From positions 1-64,000 of IMG/VR virus record IMGVR_UViG_3300014050_000006: a stretch of 64,000 bases of DNA. One strand, given 5' to 3'. The DNA comes from a virus. Position 1 is the stretch's first letter, and each line of letters starts with the position of its first letter. The notes beneath the pieces are model-generated. The model was not told the origin of the DNA. It made no database searches and worked only from the letters and a program-made list of their open reading frames with translations. This document shows, in pieces, positions 38,101 through 48,500 of the stretch. The position numbers and the translations under genes are program-made.

Positions 38101-38554
38101 TTTGATTAAAAGTATTATCTCCCCAAGCAACAATACTGCCATCATTTAATAATGCAAGAGAATGCCTATATCCAGCACTTATTTTTGTAGCATTATTAAT
38201 TATGCTAATTGGAATATCAATTTGTCCAGAATTATTATATCCAAATCCAGTAACATTTCCATTATTTAATATAATTAAAGAATGTCCATATCCAGCATCT
38301 ATTTTAATTCCACTTGTATTTGTTGGTATATTTATTTGACCATAATCACTGAATCCCCATCCAGTAACTGTTCCATTTTTTAATAATCCAAGATTATGAT
38401 TAAATCCAGCAGAAATTCCAGTTACTTGAACTAATTTTAATGCATCATATATTTGATTATAAGTGTCATCTCCCCATCCAGTTATCTTATTAGTATTTAA
38501 TAATGCTAATGTATGACGAAGTCCTGCACTTATTGATTTTACATTAGTTATCAT
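35120..38554 (-). CDS. RCC1-repeat beta-propeller tail protein
   Basis: About seven ISAG..HSLALL.NG.VTGWG.N..GQ repeats at the N-terminus (about 37740-38554). Confidence 0.8.
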   Translation of the reverse strand: MITNVKSISAGLRHTLALLNTNKITGWGDDTYNQIYDALKLVQVTGISAGFNHNLGLLKNGTVTGWGFSDYGQINIPTNTSGIKIDAGYGHSLIILNNGNVTGFGYNNSGQIDIPISIINNATKISAGYRHSLALLNDGSIVAWGDNTFNQTNVPIDIGNNAVDVSAGGNFSLALLNDGRVTGWGDNTLGQITIPSGIGNDATGISAGIYHSLALLNNGRVTGWGYNHTGQINVPENIGNNASGISAGGNFSVVLLKNGTITGWGDNSYGQISFFSEENDQSKFEFNTSLFLLNGIQTTNKRLKPFFDTGIFNYITGQLNRNQYIEKYINLPVSGAAYVNLNGYNILNDISFIPLRGYLGEIYTGLFLGKEPYEYNTGLFGLPKVDTEIAFDKNNYINYKPKTYRQNSIDTYYQQFLPPSGEQHILLLDLNLYGFEEDNIEDCDIELNSVILRTGYFQNIPKNPTILNIEILDQTKPIGIIDNINEYLSQKRILQNFKVDNFINYDSSYYANTSSSINDKYKFIKNKVIIDPPLLSNNKNIALPCLFQYKSINDNLTYNLGEYNFSIFNSNNKYLQNGNYITGTQTGFLYFLEPGIYTTILSGNENDFLYTENSLNGKNQNIHLLSLEVNFITGEKLKEIYIENQDKIWATYEMGPKELISGSGFNNLNNENPLAFNIDFERSLSGTVDSPSLFYKEISGKYSSICIPTITVVKGKAAACSTAFCTICQEAQKRLKANETYIDIPKKYLPPVIFSEYLNFYPSPSVNTYRVAIDENLNTLCCYCKDNCGQDLVGAINFNLSLPPTPNSGDSIYSGVFFLDDLNPLNVKLKYNFNYYSGQIAVNSFYDGDKIIFKQYPFDYEKVITSLYGVRPPVKEYTTEFIYSTKITGYNYFRTKQDLIDNINYKFASSGLYSWKPLKYNKNIQYEYGPLLTGIDGGFDESGNSIINLISLRSGKFGSHDIKLNLESRLQFYNYLVPKIIKLEISDDYINWTGITNSQNLQPINTYIKSPNSSAPTNIPYDSLENVKYTATREIPISSELENKKVEKEENLEDLLNQLSSGNLKSGTGTTMCLRNPTGSGIVCGTGFIDYQVFNFSCDPIPSGLDGGGTGVASGEPETEKKADTQIITEEINRFRIGYYDYLS

Positions 38555-39915
38555 TATATTTTCCTTTGTATAGTATATGAAGTATCAGTATAAAAACTTT
38601 TTTCATATTTTATATTAGATATTTTATCAAAAGATATAAAATCATTAGTTTTTATATCTCCACTAGTTATAGTCAATAATGGATTACTAAAATTATTATT
38701 TATAATTTTTAATGGATTATAATAAATTTCTAAAACTCCACTATAAATATTTCCTTCGCCAGTAGTTAAATTTATTTTTTCGACACAGCCTTCACAACCA
38801 GAAAGTTGATATCCATGTTGATAATAACTTTTAAGATTTGAATCAAAATTATCTAAACTTCCAGAGTCTTGAAATGAAAGATCTCCAATTAAATAGTACA
38901 GAGTATGAAGATTAGACCAATCATTTGAATAGATTGGATTTTTTGTATATCTTAATTCATTTCCAAAATAATTTAATATAAAATTTGAATCAATTAAAGC
39001 TCCATTACCACCTGTTGATTTGATTAAATTAATAGTTAAAGTATCTTTTCTTCTATATAAAGAAGAACTGAATGAAGTATTATTACCTGGAGTAGATATT
39101 ATTCCATAAATTCCAGTAGTTAATAATGCATAAGAATTTCCCGTTGGTAAAAATTTTCCATCTAAAAGATTATCTGGAAGATAATATTTATTTCCATCAT
39201 GATATGCGCCAAAGCAAAAAAGTTTTATATTGTGTTTTAAATAATATTCAGTTGAAGTTAATTTAATTGGCGCACCAAAAAATTCTCCACTTTCGTTACC
39301 ATAATAAAGAGTATTTGTTTCTTTATAAGATTTTGGTATAGAAACAGTAACGTATCTATCAACTCCAGCTGTACCACTTATCGATACATATTTTTCTAAT
39401 TTTTTGTTACCATATTCATCAATATAAATATTTAATGGATTGCCACTGTTTGAAATTCCTGTTTGAACAAATTGATATGTTTTGCCTTTTTCAAAATAAA
39501 GATTTGGCGCTTCAAGATTATTAATATAATAACAATGATAATCTTTTATTATCGCTTCATCTCCAACTTTAATTATAGATGTATTAGTTATTTGAGGATA
39601 TATAATAGAATTTTCTGGTATTGGATAATCATCTGCATTTATTGAGAAATCATCTTTTATCCATGTATTATTATCCATTACAATTCCACTATAATTTCCT
39701 CCAGTTGTACCTTGATAGAATATGGTTATTGATTCATAACTAAAAGCTGCAAATTGATTTGGATCAAATACATAACTAATTTTATTAATTGGCGATGATT
39801 TAAATAAATAATATCCATTAGCTGTTTTTAATCCAGTTAAACTAGATCCCAGATCATAATTTACATTAGATATATTTTTATACCCAACATTTACATTATA
39901 GATTTTATCTACCAT
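38554..39915 (-). CDS. putative tail protein with cupredoxin-like phage module
   Basis: APNLYFEKGKTYQF.Q...SNSGNPL....TLYY......G pattern seen in phage tail proteins. Confidence 0.6.
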   Translation of the reverse strand: MVDKIYNVNVGYKNISNVNYDLGSSLTGLKTANGYYLFKSSPINKISYVFDPNQFAAFSYESITIFYQGTTGGNYSGIVMDNNTWIKDDFSINADDYPIPENSIIYPQITNTSIIKVGDEAIIKDYHCYYINNLEAPNLYFEKGKTYQFVQTGISNSGNPLNIYIDEYGNKKLEKYVSISGTAGVDRYVTVSIPKSYKETNTLYYGNESGEFFGAPIKLTSTEYYLKHNIKLFCFGAYHDGNKYYLPDNLLDGKFLPTGNSYALLTTGIYGIISTPGNNTSFSSSLYRRKDTLTINLIKSTGGNGALIDSNFILNYFGNELRYTKNPIYSNDWSNLHTLYYLIGDLSFQDSGSLDNFDSNLKSYYQHGYQLSGCEGCVEKINLTTGEGNIYSGVLEIYYNPLKIINNNFSNPLLTITSGDIKTNDFISFDKISNIKYEKSFYTDTSYTIQRKI

Positions 39916-39918
39916 TTT

Positions 39919-39943
39919 CCTTGTTCCTATTAATAAATTACAC
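39919..39943 (-). promoter_or_regulatory. GTGTAA motif plus AGG-N4-AGG leader
   Basis: GTGTAA-9nt-AGGaacaAGG-aaa-ATG. Confidence 0.65.
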
Positions 39944-42900
39944 TATAAATTAAGATCAGCACAAACAGTGTTTTTTACTAAATTATATAAAGCAAGATGT
40001 TCTTCATTAGATAATACTTTAGAAAAAGCCCCTGCAAAACTATAATATCCTTGACTTTTTGTACCATCATTATTTATAAAGTCTGTAGTTCCGTTTATAA
40101 AACCACTATGCATATCACATGGATAACCTAAATAACCAGTATAACATAATACTGGCAAGTTAACTCCTCCAGAAGCTGTATTAACCAAATTATATCCATT
40201 TTTATAAATATTTAAAGAACCACTTCCAGAATATGAAGCAATTGGTAAATAATTTACATTATAAGAAATCATATCATATTGATTTGTTGTATTTAATATT
40301 GGAGAAGAAGTATAACTAATTGATTTATCATTTGGAGGATTCCATTGTCCACCATATTGAATTTCATTACTATAATAATAAGCATTTGGCTGTAACCAAA
40401 TTGATCTATCACTTCCAGCACGAGAAGATTGTAACCACCAAGCTCCAAAATTTTGTTTATCAGTTTTTGCTAACATTGAAATTGTAAAATTTCCATTGAA
40501 TAATGGCAAAACTGGATGAGATATTGTTGCTTTTCCACTACTTGACCATACATAATTTCCAACATATCCACTTCTTAAAAATATTCCACTTGATGTCCAA
40601 GAAGCTTGTCCACTATTTAATAGTGTTCCATCGTATCCAGTTTTTAATCCATAAATTTTTGTTCCTGCAACTGAATTGTATCCAGAATTTAATAAATAAA
40701 CATTAATAACATTATTCCATAAATTAAGATTTTTTAATCCAGTTATAAAACTATTTATTTTATTTTGAACTGAAAAGTCAGATATATTACTTCTAATAAA
40801 GTATTTTCTAGCATCTTTATCAAAATCAGCTAATCCTAATCTTTCTAATGGATTATATTTAATGAATCCTATATTAATAGGATAATTTACTTTATATATG
40901 TATTTTTTATTTGGATTATAACATATTAATTTTAAAGTTTTTTCGCAAATAACATCATTTTCTTTTATTTGAACTTTAACATTATATGTTCCTTCGTCTT
41001 GTAAATAGCCTTGGATATATTTTCCATTTGGATTATAATAAATATTATTTGGTAAATTAGATACAGATAGTATTTGTGGATTTCTTACTTTTATTACTTG
41101 AAAACTTTTTTGAATAGAGCTTGAATAATAATGATCCGTTTCGGGTTGATAAGCAGTAATAAAACCACTGCCAGTATTATTTATAATTAATTTATTTGAA
41201 CCAGAAATTGAAATAACTCCAGTATTAGAACTTGTATATTCTATACCAGACTCATTATGATTACTAGTACCATTTAAAGTATAGCTAAAACCAGAATTAT
41301 TATTAATATTAAAAACTGGAATATTTTCTAGATTTATCTGAGAATAAGCTTTATCTACTGTAAGTGATATTGTACCTGTAGCAGGATATAAAAAAGAAGA
41401 TTCACTTGCTATTCCAGTAAGAATAGTAGTACCAATTTCAACCGCTGTAATATTATTTTTATTAATTGAAAGTAAATTAGATCCATTATAATATTCTATA
41501 ACATTTCCTTGATCTGAAAATAAAGGTAATGTTAGATTCTCTTTATATCTTAAAAATAAAGGTGAAGGTAAATTAAAATTTTGTGTTGGATTTGGTAATG
41601 AAAAATTTTCTGTTGATAATGGATCTGAAGTTTGATTGTTTTTAAGAACTGTTAGATAACTTACTCCAGTTACTGGATTATAATTAACAGTACCTTGATT
41701 TATTCCAGTTATTATAACATTTCCAGTTTTATTTAAAAAAAGTCGAAAACCAGCAATTGATGCGATAGATTGATCACTAGTAGTATATTCTAATGTTTGA
41801 CCTTCGGGTGTACCTACAGGTAAATCAATTGTTGTATAAGGATATCCAGTTAAATAAGTATTGAAATTACTTGTACTTTGATTAGCTTTATTTATCGTTA
41901 TAAAAATACCAGTATTTGAATCTGCTGGTTCATAAATATTATTTCCATTTTGTTTAGCATAAATATATCCACTACCTGCATAAGTTATTGTAACATAACC
42001 ACTACCTGCATAATCGTAAATTAATGGTTTGACAGAATAATAAGAAACTTGAAGTCCAGCATCACTAGTAATTCCTGGATTAAATGGAGCGTCTCCATAA
42101 GTTTTATTTAAAGTTATATTTGGTACTATTAAATTTTGCTGTAAACCAGTAATATTTATATTTACAAATGTAGATTTTGGATTATAATTTCCACTTTTGG
42201 GAGCAGTAATAATTATATTTGCATTACCACGGTTTCCAACAATATGGACTAACCCATTTTGATCTACTGTTGCCACTCCAGTATTAGTTGTTGAATAAAT
42301 TAATTGATTATTTGTATCAACTGAAGCATTTAAATTAAAATCTGGACTATAAATACCTGTTGAAAATGCATAACTTGGTATAGAAATGTCTTGGTCGAAT
42401 AAGCTATAAATAATATTTAATTTTACTATAGTAGGATTAGTATAGCATATATTTGGGCTATCAGGGTTGGATAAAGTTTTTAAAATGCCTCCATGATTTC
42501 CTTTTGAATAACCTATTAAACCATAACTGCGTGCACCAGAAGGATTAGACATTTCTACTATATTATTAGTAATATTTAAATGGTTTGGACCAAGATTTAA
42601 AATACTATCATCAATAATAAGCCATTGAATTGGTTCATCAGGTATGTAATAAGGAGCAAATCCAGGTCTTTGATATGGTAATTTTCTTTTAAAATGAGTT
42701 GGTAATTGATATGTTTCTCCTATTTTTAAACGGATGGAACCCGATTGTCGATATTGAATAGGATATTCTCCAAAAGTTGATGTATAATAACCTGATAAAG
42801 GATCATAACCAACATAATCTCTATGATAACCATCAAACCGATACGTATATTGTTCTCCGTCTACAGGAAGAATATTTTTAGTTCTTGAAAGTATAATATT

Positions 42901-43320
42901 ATTAGTAATAAAATCATATTTTATCCCAGTTCTCAATTTATATTCATTTAATGAATCATTTCTTGTAGTATTTTCATTAAAACCATTAGGAAAACCAGTT
43001 AATGGATAAAGTTGCCATTCAAGAATTTTTTTATAATCGAAATATTTTTCTCCATCTAAATTAACTACCATTTTTGGTGGTACAAATTTTGAAGGATTAG
43101 GAAAATATCTATCTATAAATTGTTGTGGTAACTTTAATATACTAGCTATATTACTATCATTATAACGAAATTTTTTCCCCCAATAGTAAGTACTAAAATA
43201 AGAATTTAAATTTGGATGTGTGCGAAGATCATCATCAATTACAAGCCCACTTACATATTTCCATTTATCATAAGCAGAACTATTTCCTGTACGAATATAA
43301 GTAGTAATATAATCACCCAT
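39943..43320 (-). CDS. Ig-like (Big_2-type) repeat tail protein with C-terminal LamG-like domain
   Basis: Repeated Y.S.N..VA.V....G...ITA.Q.G..NY.P units; C-terminal D.DA..Y....I......IN.F..GLK...LW module. Confidence 0.7.
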   Translation of the reverse strand: MGDYITTYIRTGNSSAYDKWKYVSGLVIDDDLRTHPNLNSYFSTYYWGKKFRYNDSNIASILKLPQQFIDRYFPNPSKFVPPKMVVNLDGEKYFDYKKILEWQLYPLTGFPNGFNENTTRNDSLNEYKLRTGIKYDFITNNIILSRTKNILPVDGEQYTYRFDGYHRDYVGYDPLSGYYTSTFGEYPIQYRQSGSIRLKIGETYQLPTHFKRKLPYQRPGFAPYYIPDEPIQWLIIDDSILNLGPNHLNITNNIVEMSNPSGARSYGLIGYSKGNHGGILKTLSNPDSPNICYTNPTIVKLNIIYSLFDQDISIPSYAFSTGIYSPDFNLNASVDTNNQLIYSTTNTGVATVDQNGLVHIVGNRGNANIIITAPKSGNYNPKSTFVNINITGLQQNLIVPNITLNKTYGDAPFNPGITSDAGLQVSYYSVKPLIYDYAGSGYVTITYAGSGYIYAKQNGNNIYEPADSNTGIFITINKANQSTSNFNTYLTGYPYTTIDLPVGTPEGQTLEYTTSDQSIASIAGFRLFLNKTGNVIITGINQGTVNYNPVTGVSYLTVLKNNQTSDPLSTENFSLPNPTQNFNLPSPLFLRYKENLTLPLFSDQGNVIEYYNGSNLLSINKNNITAVEIGTTILTGIASESSFLYPATGTISLTVDKAYSQINLENIPVFNINNNSGFSYTLNGTSNHNESGIEYTSSNTGVISISGSNKLIINNTGSGFITAYQPETDHYYSSSIQKSFQVIKVRNPQILSVSNLPNNIYYNPNGKYIQGYLQDEGTYNVKVQIKENDVICEKTLKLICYNPNKKYIYKVNYPINIGFIKYNPLERLGLADFDKDARKYFIRSNISDFSVQNKINSFITGLKNLNLWNNVINVYLLNSGYNSVAGTKIYGLKTGYDGTLLNSGQASWTSSGIFLRSGYVGNYVWSSSGKATISHPVLPLFNGNFTISMLAKTDKQNFGAWWLQSSRAGSDRSIWLQPNAYYYSNEIQYGGQWNPPNDKSISYTSSPILNTTNQYDMISYNVNYLPIASYSGSGSLNIYKNGYNLVNTASGGVNLPVLCYTGYLGYPCDMHSGFINGTTDFINNDGTKSQGYYSFAGAFSKVLSNEEHLALYNLVKNTVCADLNL

Positions 43321-43326
43321 AAATCT

Positions 43327-43476
43327 TTACCCGTTATAAAATCCACTTACGATAGCATTTAAATCTATAAATATTTTATCATTACTACCCGTTGGTAATT
43401 TATATTCTAAACCAGTAATAAAAGATGGTAATCCATGACAAGATATATCATTAAATTCAAAATAATCATTACTCAT
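43327..43476 (-). CDS. 49-aa protein (not in ORF track)
   Basis: MSNDYFEFNDISCHGLPSFITGLEYKLPTGSNDKIFIDLNAIVSGFYNG*; preceded by GTGTAA and an AGG-N4-AGG leader; has the TG/SG bias of its neighbours. Confidence 0.7.
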   Translation of the reverse strand: MSNDYFEFNDISCHGLPSFITGLEYKLPTGSNDKIFIDLNAIVSGFYNG

Positions 43477-43482
43477 ATTTTA

Positions 43483-43530
43483 CCTTTATCCTTTAGTATA
43501 GAATCTTTATAGATTCTAACTAATTTACAC
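43483..43530 (-). promoter_or_regulatory. GTGTAA motif, hairpin and AGG-N4-AGG leader
   Basis: GTGTAA (43525-43530), perfect 8-bp inverted repeat 43499-43518, AGGataaAGG (43483-43492). Confidence 0.6.
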
Positions 43531-43546
43531 TAGAATATGATATATT

Positions 43547-43972
43547 TTAAAGGAAAAATATGGCCCACGAATCACCATCAGCTGCAACAGAAAAATGGCG
43601 ATATACAAATTTATTAGAAATTGTATGTTTAAAAAATTCTTGAAAAGCTTGATCATTTTTAGGTATTCTAAAAATTTGACCTGAAACAGGAGTTGTTTTA
43701 TATTCATTTTCTATAGATTCTAAATCTACTTTAATTTGTGGATTTTGCTCTAAGAAATGTAAAACAAAATTTTTTGTACTTTCAAGGTTATCTCTTGCAT
43801 ACATTTGAATTGCTGATCTACAAGAACAATTTGGATTTTTACTATATGTTTCTATTTTGTCTACTATTGATGGAGCAAATTCTTTAAAAGACTTGATAAA
43901 TAATACATCGTTTCGTATCAACCATAAAACTACTTGATCAAAATAGCTATTAAAAATTGGATTATCTTTCAT
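43547..43972 (-). CDS. hypothetical protein with NPNCSC motif
   Basis: 141 aa; own TATAAT 7 nt upstream (43980-43985); composition unlike the flanking tail genes. Confidence 0.65.
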   Translation of the reverse strand: MKDNPIFNSYFDQVVLWLIRNDVLFIKSFKEFAPSIVDKIETYSKNPNCSCRSAIQMYARDNLESTKNFVLHFLEQNPQIKVDLESIENEYKTTPVSGQIFRIPKNDQAFQEFFKHTISNKFVYRHFSVAADGDSWAIFFL

Positions 43973-44010
43973 ATATAGTATTATATATAGATATTTTAAA
44001 AAGTCTAAAA

Positions 44011-45519
44011 TTAATAATTATTAATATCAATTCCAGAATAATAAGAGTAAGATTTGCCAAATGCATAAGTTTTTAATTCTAAATTTATTAAATTATTCAT
44101 ATGTTTTATATTTTTTAAATTAATACTTTTATAATATGCTCTCCCTAAACTATTAGCATTATAAATATCATTGTATATTTTTATTCCATTACAATATATC
44201 TTAAATATATCATATATTGGATTACAATTATTATTTTTTATAGATATATAAATTTGTGCAGAAAATTGATTCAAATTATTAAAATAACCAGTTTTTATCT
44301 CAAAATAAGGAACTATTCCACAGCAATCAGAGCATGTATAATATTGATCGCAATAACAATTTGTGCCAGATATATTATATTCATTTATTGCATAATATTC
44401 TTGAAATTGATTCCAAGGTCTTTCATATATATAAGCTGCGCCTTTTCTGTATTCGGCATCATATACGCCTATTAAAAGTTTATTATAATTACTATCAACA
44501 ACAAAATTATTTCCAAAATTTTCACTTGAATAAAAATTTGGATTTTTTATATTTATATTTTCATACCAATTATTTCCATTTTTTCTATAATTATGTATTG
44601 TCCCATTATGATTATTTTCTGAAGCAAAAATAAAATTTCCACTTTCATTTATGAATAAACATTTTCCTAAATGATTTGTATTTCCAGTTATTAAATATTC
44701 ATTTTCCCAAGAAGTATTATTTTTTTTATAAATATAAACTGCGCCAGAATTTGAAAAACTATTTGGTTCACCAGCTAAGATATAATTTCCAGTTTGATTT
44801 ATATAAAAATTTTCTCCGAAAAGAGAATTATAATGACTACCAGTTAATTTTTGAGATTGAACCCAATTATTATTATCTCCAGTATAAATAAATATTGCGC
44901 CAGTATTATTATTCAAAAAAGAACCAATTAAAATTACATCTCCACTATTAATTGCTACTTTAGCGCCATAAAAAGTTCTATATCTATTACCCGAAAGAAT
45001 CACTCCATCATTTTCAGTAAAAGTGGTCGCAAGATTCCAATTATTTGCATTTCCAGTATATAAATATGCTTTACCACTAGAAGAATTTTCGATATTCGTA
45101 CCAATTACTATTTTATCTCCTTTTTTATTTAAAGCTATATTATATCCAAAAGATTCTTTACCAGAAATATTTCCACTAATTTCATAAGATTTATTCCAAT
45201 TTTTACCATCTCCAGTAAAAATATAAACTATTCCATCTAAACGATTTTTTCCTGGTGAACTTACTGCTAATATATTTCCATCATCATTTGATGCAATTGA
45301 AAAACCAAAATTTTCATACGCATGTGGATTGTATGAATTAATTTTACATAATTCATTCCAATTCCATTCTGTATCGTATTGTTTATAAACATAAACTATG
45401 CCAGTATTATTATAAACAGGCGCGCTTACAAAAACAAGATTTTCATCAGTAACTGCAATACCTTGTCCAAAAAAAATTCCACTTAAAGTTTTATCAAAAT
45501 TTAATTTATTTGTTTTCAT
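44011..45519 (-). CDS. FG-GAP repeat beta-propeller protein
   Basis: Repeated FG..IA....G..L.V.....G.VYIF.....W. Confidence 0.8.
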   Translation of the reverse strand: MKTNKLNFDKTLSGIFFGQGIAVTDENLVFVSAPVYNNTGIVYVYKQYDTEWNWNELCKINSYNPHAYENFGFSIASNDDGNILAVSSPGKNRLDGIVYIFTGDGKNWNKSYEISGNISGKESFGYNIALNKKGDKIVIGTNIENSSSGKAYLYTGNANNWNLATTFTENDGVILSGNRYRTFYGAKVAINSGDVILIGSFLNNNTGAIFIYTGDNNNWVQSQKLTGSHYNSLFGENFYINQTGNYILAGEPNSFSNSGAVYIYKKNNTSWENEYLITGNTNHLGKCLFINESGNFIFASENNHNGTIHNYRKNGNNWYENINIKNPNFYSSENFGNNFVVDSNYNKLLIGVYDAEYRKGAAYIYERPWNQFQEYYAINEYNISGTNCYCDQYYTCSDCCGIVPYFEIKTGYFNNLNQFSAQIYISIKNNNCNPIYDIFKIYCNGIKIYNDIYNANSLGRAYYKSINLKNIKHMNNLINLELKTYAFGKSYSYYSGIDINNY

Positions 45520-48500
45520 TTATATTTTTAATTTGTTTAATTGTTTCTTCAGTTTTTTCTTCTACTAAATTTTCTAAATTTAGATAATCCATATTTTTGA
45601 TATCTTGAATTGGTATTTCTAATAATGAACTTAATAAGTCTAAATTAATAACTGCTGAAACAGTATAGCTACTACTACTAGAATCACCACGACATGCACA
45701 TTTATTACATGTAAGCGTGGTTCCAGCATTGGCGCATTCAGGACCTTCAACTGGAACAGAAAAATATTTTCTATATGGTTGTTGTCCAGGAGGACAATCG
45801 CATTCAGTATTTAAAACAAATGGATAGCCCATATCTGCACAATCACAAAATCTTACACATTTTTCGCATTTATATGATTCAAGAGCGCAAAAGCCATAAT
45901 TAGGTTTTGGCACTACAATGCTTTCACAACTCCAAGAAAATACATCTGTTCTTGAATTACCATATTTTTCTTCACATATAAATGGATCACAATAACTTGA
46001 TGATCCAACGCCTCCATCATAATCAGCACACGCATTACATGGGCCTGGACCTGGACCTGGAGGTGGACCTGGAGGTGGAGCAGGAGAAGGGGAAGGAGAA
46101 GGAGAAGGACTTGGTCCTGGAGAAGAGGAAGAACTAGAAGAAGAAATTATAACAACAACAAGATTTTCGCAAGTTGTTCCATAAGTATTTGATGCGCAAA
46201 TTTGTATATTAAAATTTCCAGGAATTAATGGTGTTCCAGAAATAACGCATCCATTTGATACTAATCCAGGAGGTAAATTTTTTACACTACAAGAATCATA
46301 AAGTCCAGAAGCAGTAATAGTATAATCAATTAATGTTTCTATATCTTGTGCAACATATAATGGACTTGTGATAATTGGAAGTGGTATTGGACAATATGGT
46401 AATTTTTTTAAGCTTTGCATTAAATTTATTGGCGCATTTACAACTGGAGAAATATTATTATCTCCAAAAATTCCATTTCCAATTTGAGAAGCTTTTGCAT
46501 ATAAAGTTTTTAATTCTTTTTCATTATAAAAAAAGTTTTTCTTATCAATTTCATCATTTAGTTCTTTATCTAAATAAATAAAATTAAATGAAATATTCTG
46601 ATTAGAAGAATATGTAGCTATTTTATTCAAAAAACCTGAATATTTTATTTCTATTGGATTTGTAAAATATGGATCTAATAAATCACAATCATTTGCATCA
46701 GATTCTATATAAGGAAAATTATTAGTAATAATATTTATTATTTTCTTTTTATTGTAATTTGAATTCCATGATAAATTATAAATTGCATAATCTATTGCAT
46801 CATTTAAAGCAACGCCTTCTTTTGTCTTTTCTAAAGGTTCTAATACTTTAGTTGAATTTATAAAATCTGTAAAATTAGTAGTAAATTGTAAACCTGTAAT
46901 ATTTAGACTATCAAGAAAATATACGTTTGCAATTTCATTAAATTTTGAATTTTTATTTAAAAAATCTTTAAATAGAATAGAATTAGATTTGAATAAAGCC
47001 AATCCAGATCTGTTGCTATAAGATAAGTCTATAATATTTGCAAGTTGTATCCCTGAGTTACATAAACTTGGAAAAGAGATATTAGTATCATTATAAATAC
47101 TTTTTACTTTAATTTGATAATTTCCAGAATTAAATAAGCCAGAATATGTTTTTATAGTTGCATTATTATAAGATAAAAAATTACTTTCATAAATTGGTAA
47201 ATATCCACTTATTTCTCCACTTTTATAAAGAATAAATTTATGTTTTGTATTATAAGGAGATGAAAAATTTTCTTCACCTTTCAAATTAATTAAAAAATTA
47301 CTTGAATTTTTTGTTGGACAAAGTAGATCTACGGGTTTATTTCCAAAAATTAAATTTTGAGATGGAGAAGTATCAGAATATTGAATATTAGAATCTGAAA
47401 ATATATAAACTGCTCCTTTATTATCGTAACCATCTCCAATTGCACCTATAACAGCTATATTACCAGCATTATTTAAATCTATACTAAAACCAAAATTATC
47501 TCCATAATCAAAATCACCATCACCTGTTATTTTTTTATTTAATATCCAAGAGCCATTATTTTCAAAAAGATAAACTGCTCCAGCTAAATTTCCGTTTTCA
47601 TTATTCTGGTTATAAGAACTAACTAAACTTACATTTCCTTCTCCATTTAAAGTCACTTTATTTCCAAAATTTTCGTACCCTTGGGCTTCTCCTGTGAATT
47701 TTTTAGATAAAATATAATTTAAATTATTTCCAGTAAATAAATATGCTGCACCAGATCCCAAATCGCTATTTAATGATCCAATTAAAAGTTTATCTCCAGA
47801 ATTATTTAAATCTAAATCAATACCAAAATTTATAACTTTATTATCTCCAGTAATTTGTTTTAATATATAATTTAAAGTTCCAGCACTAAATTCATCTGGT
47901 GTTCCTTGCGCTAATCCAATTTTCCATCCAGTAAAAGGTAAAATATTTATATCTGAACTATCATTATAAAATTCAGGAGAGTCATTAGCTTCTAATTCCC
48001 ATCTATTATTTAATAAAGAAAAATAAATCCAACTATTTAAAGATTCGTGTTTATATCCAGTAGTAGCAAATGTTGAAAAAGGCGATATGTTTTGATATAT
48101 ATATTTTCCATTTATATCTTCTGAATTATCAGTCAATTCAAATCCATTCAGAGAAATTTCTTGTGGAATTTTCCAATCTAATACATAAACTTTTCCAGAG
48201 TTTTGATTTTCATATGGAGCACCAAAAGCTAAAATATTTCCAGATTCATTTAAACTTATACTATTAGGATAATTAATGGTATTTGGCGTTCCAGTAATTA
48301 TAGAATTTAATTTCCAATCAGATATATCTTTTTTATATATGTAAACTTGTCCAGAATTTAAATTCCCTCGTGAACCCACAGCAATAATATCACCCGAATA
48401 ATTAATATCTAAACTTTGACCAAAATATTCATAATTTCTATTAATACCTGTTAATTCTTGAAACAAAGACCAATTAGTATTATTTTTTACATAAATATAT

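Noticed and set aside
37740-38554. ~117-nt DNA repeats as a mobile or regulatory array
   Set aside because: They are degenerate RCC1 propeller blades
43525-43707. 60-aa minus-strand ORF overlapping the end of 43547..43972
   Set aside because: Out-of-frame overlap with a better gene; its stop coincides with the GTGTAA motif
33579-46150. Duplicated tails as a diversity-generating retroelement TR/VR pair
   Set aside because: No reverse transcriptase in the window, both copies are coding, and differences are not adenine-specific
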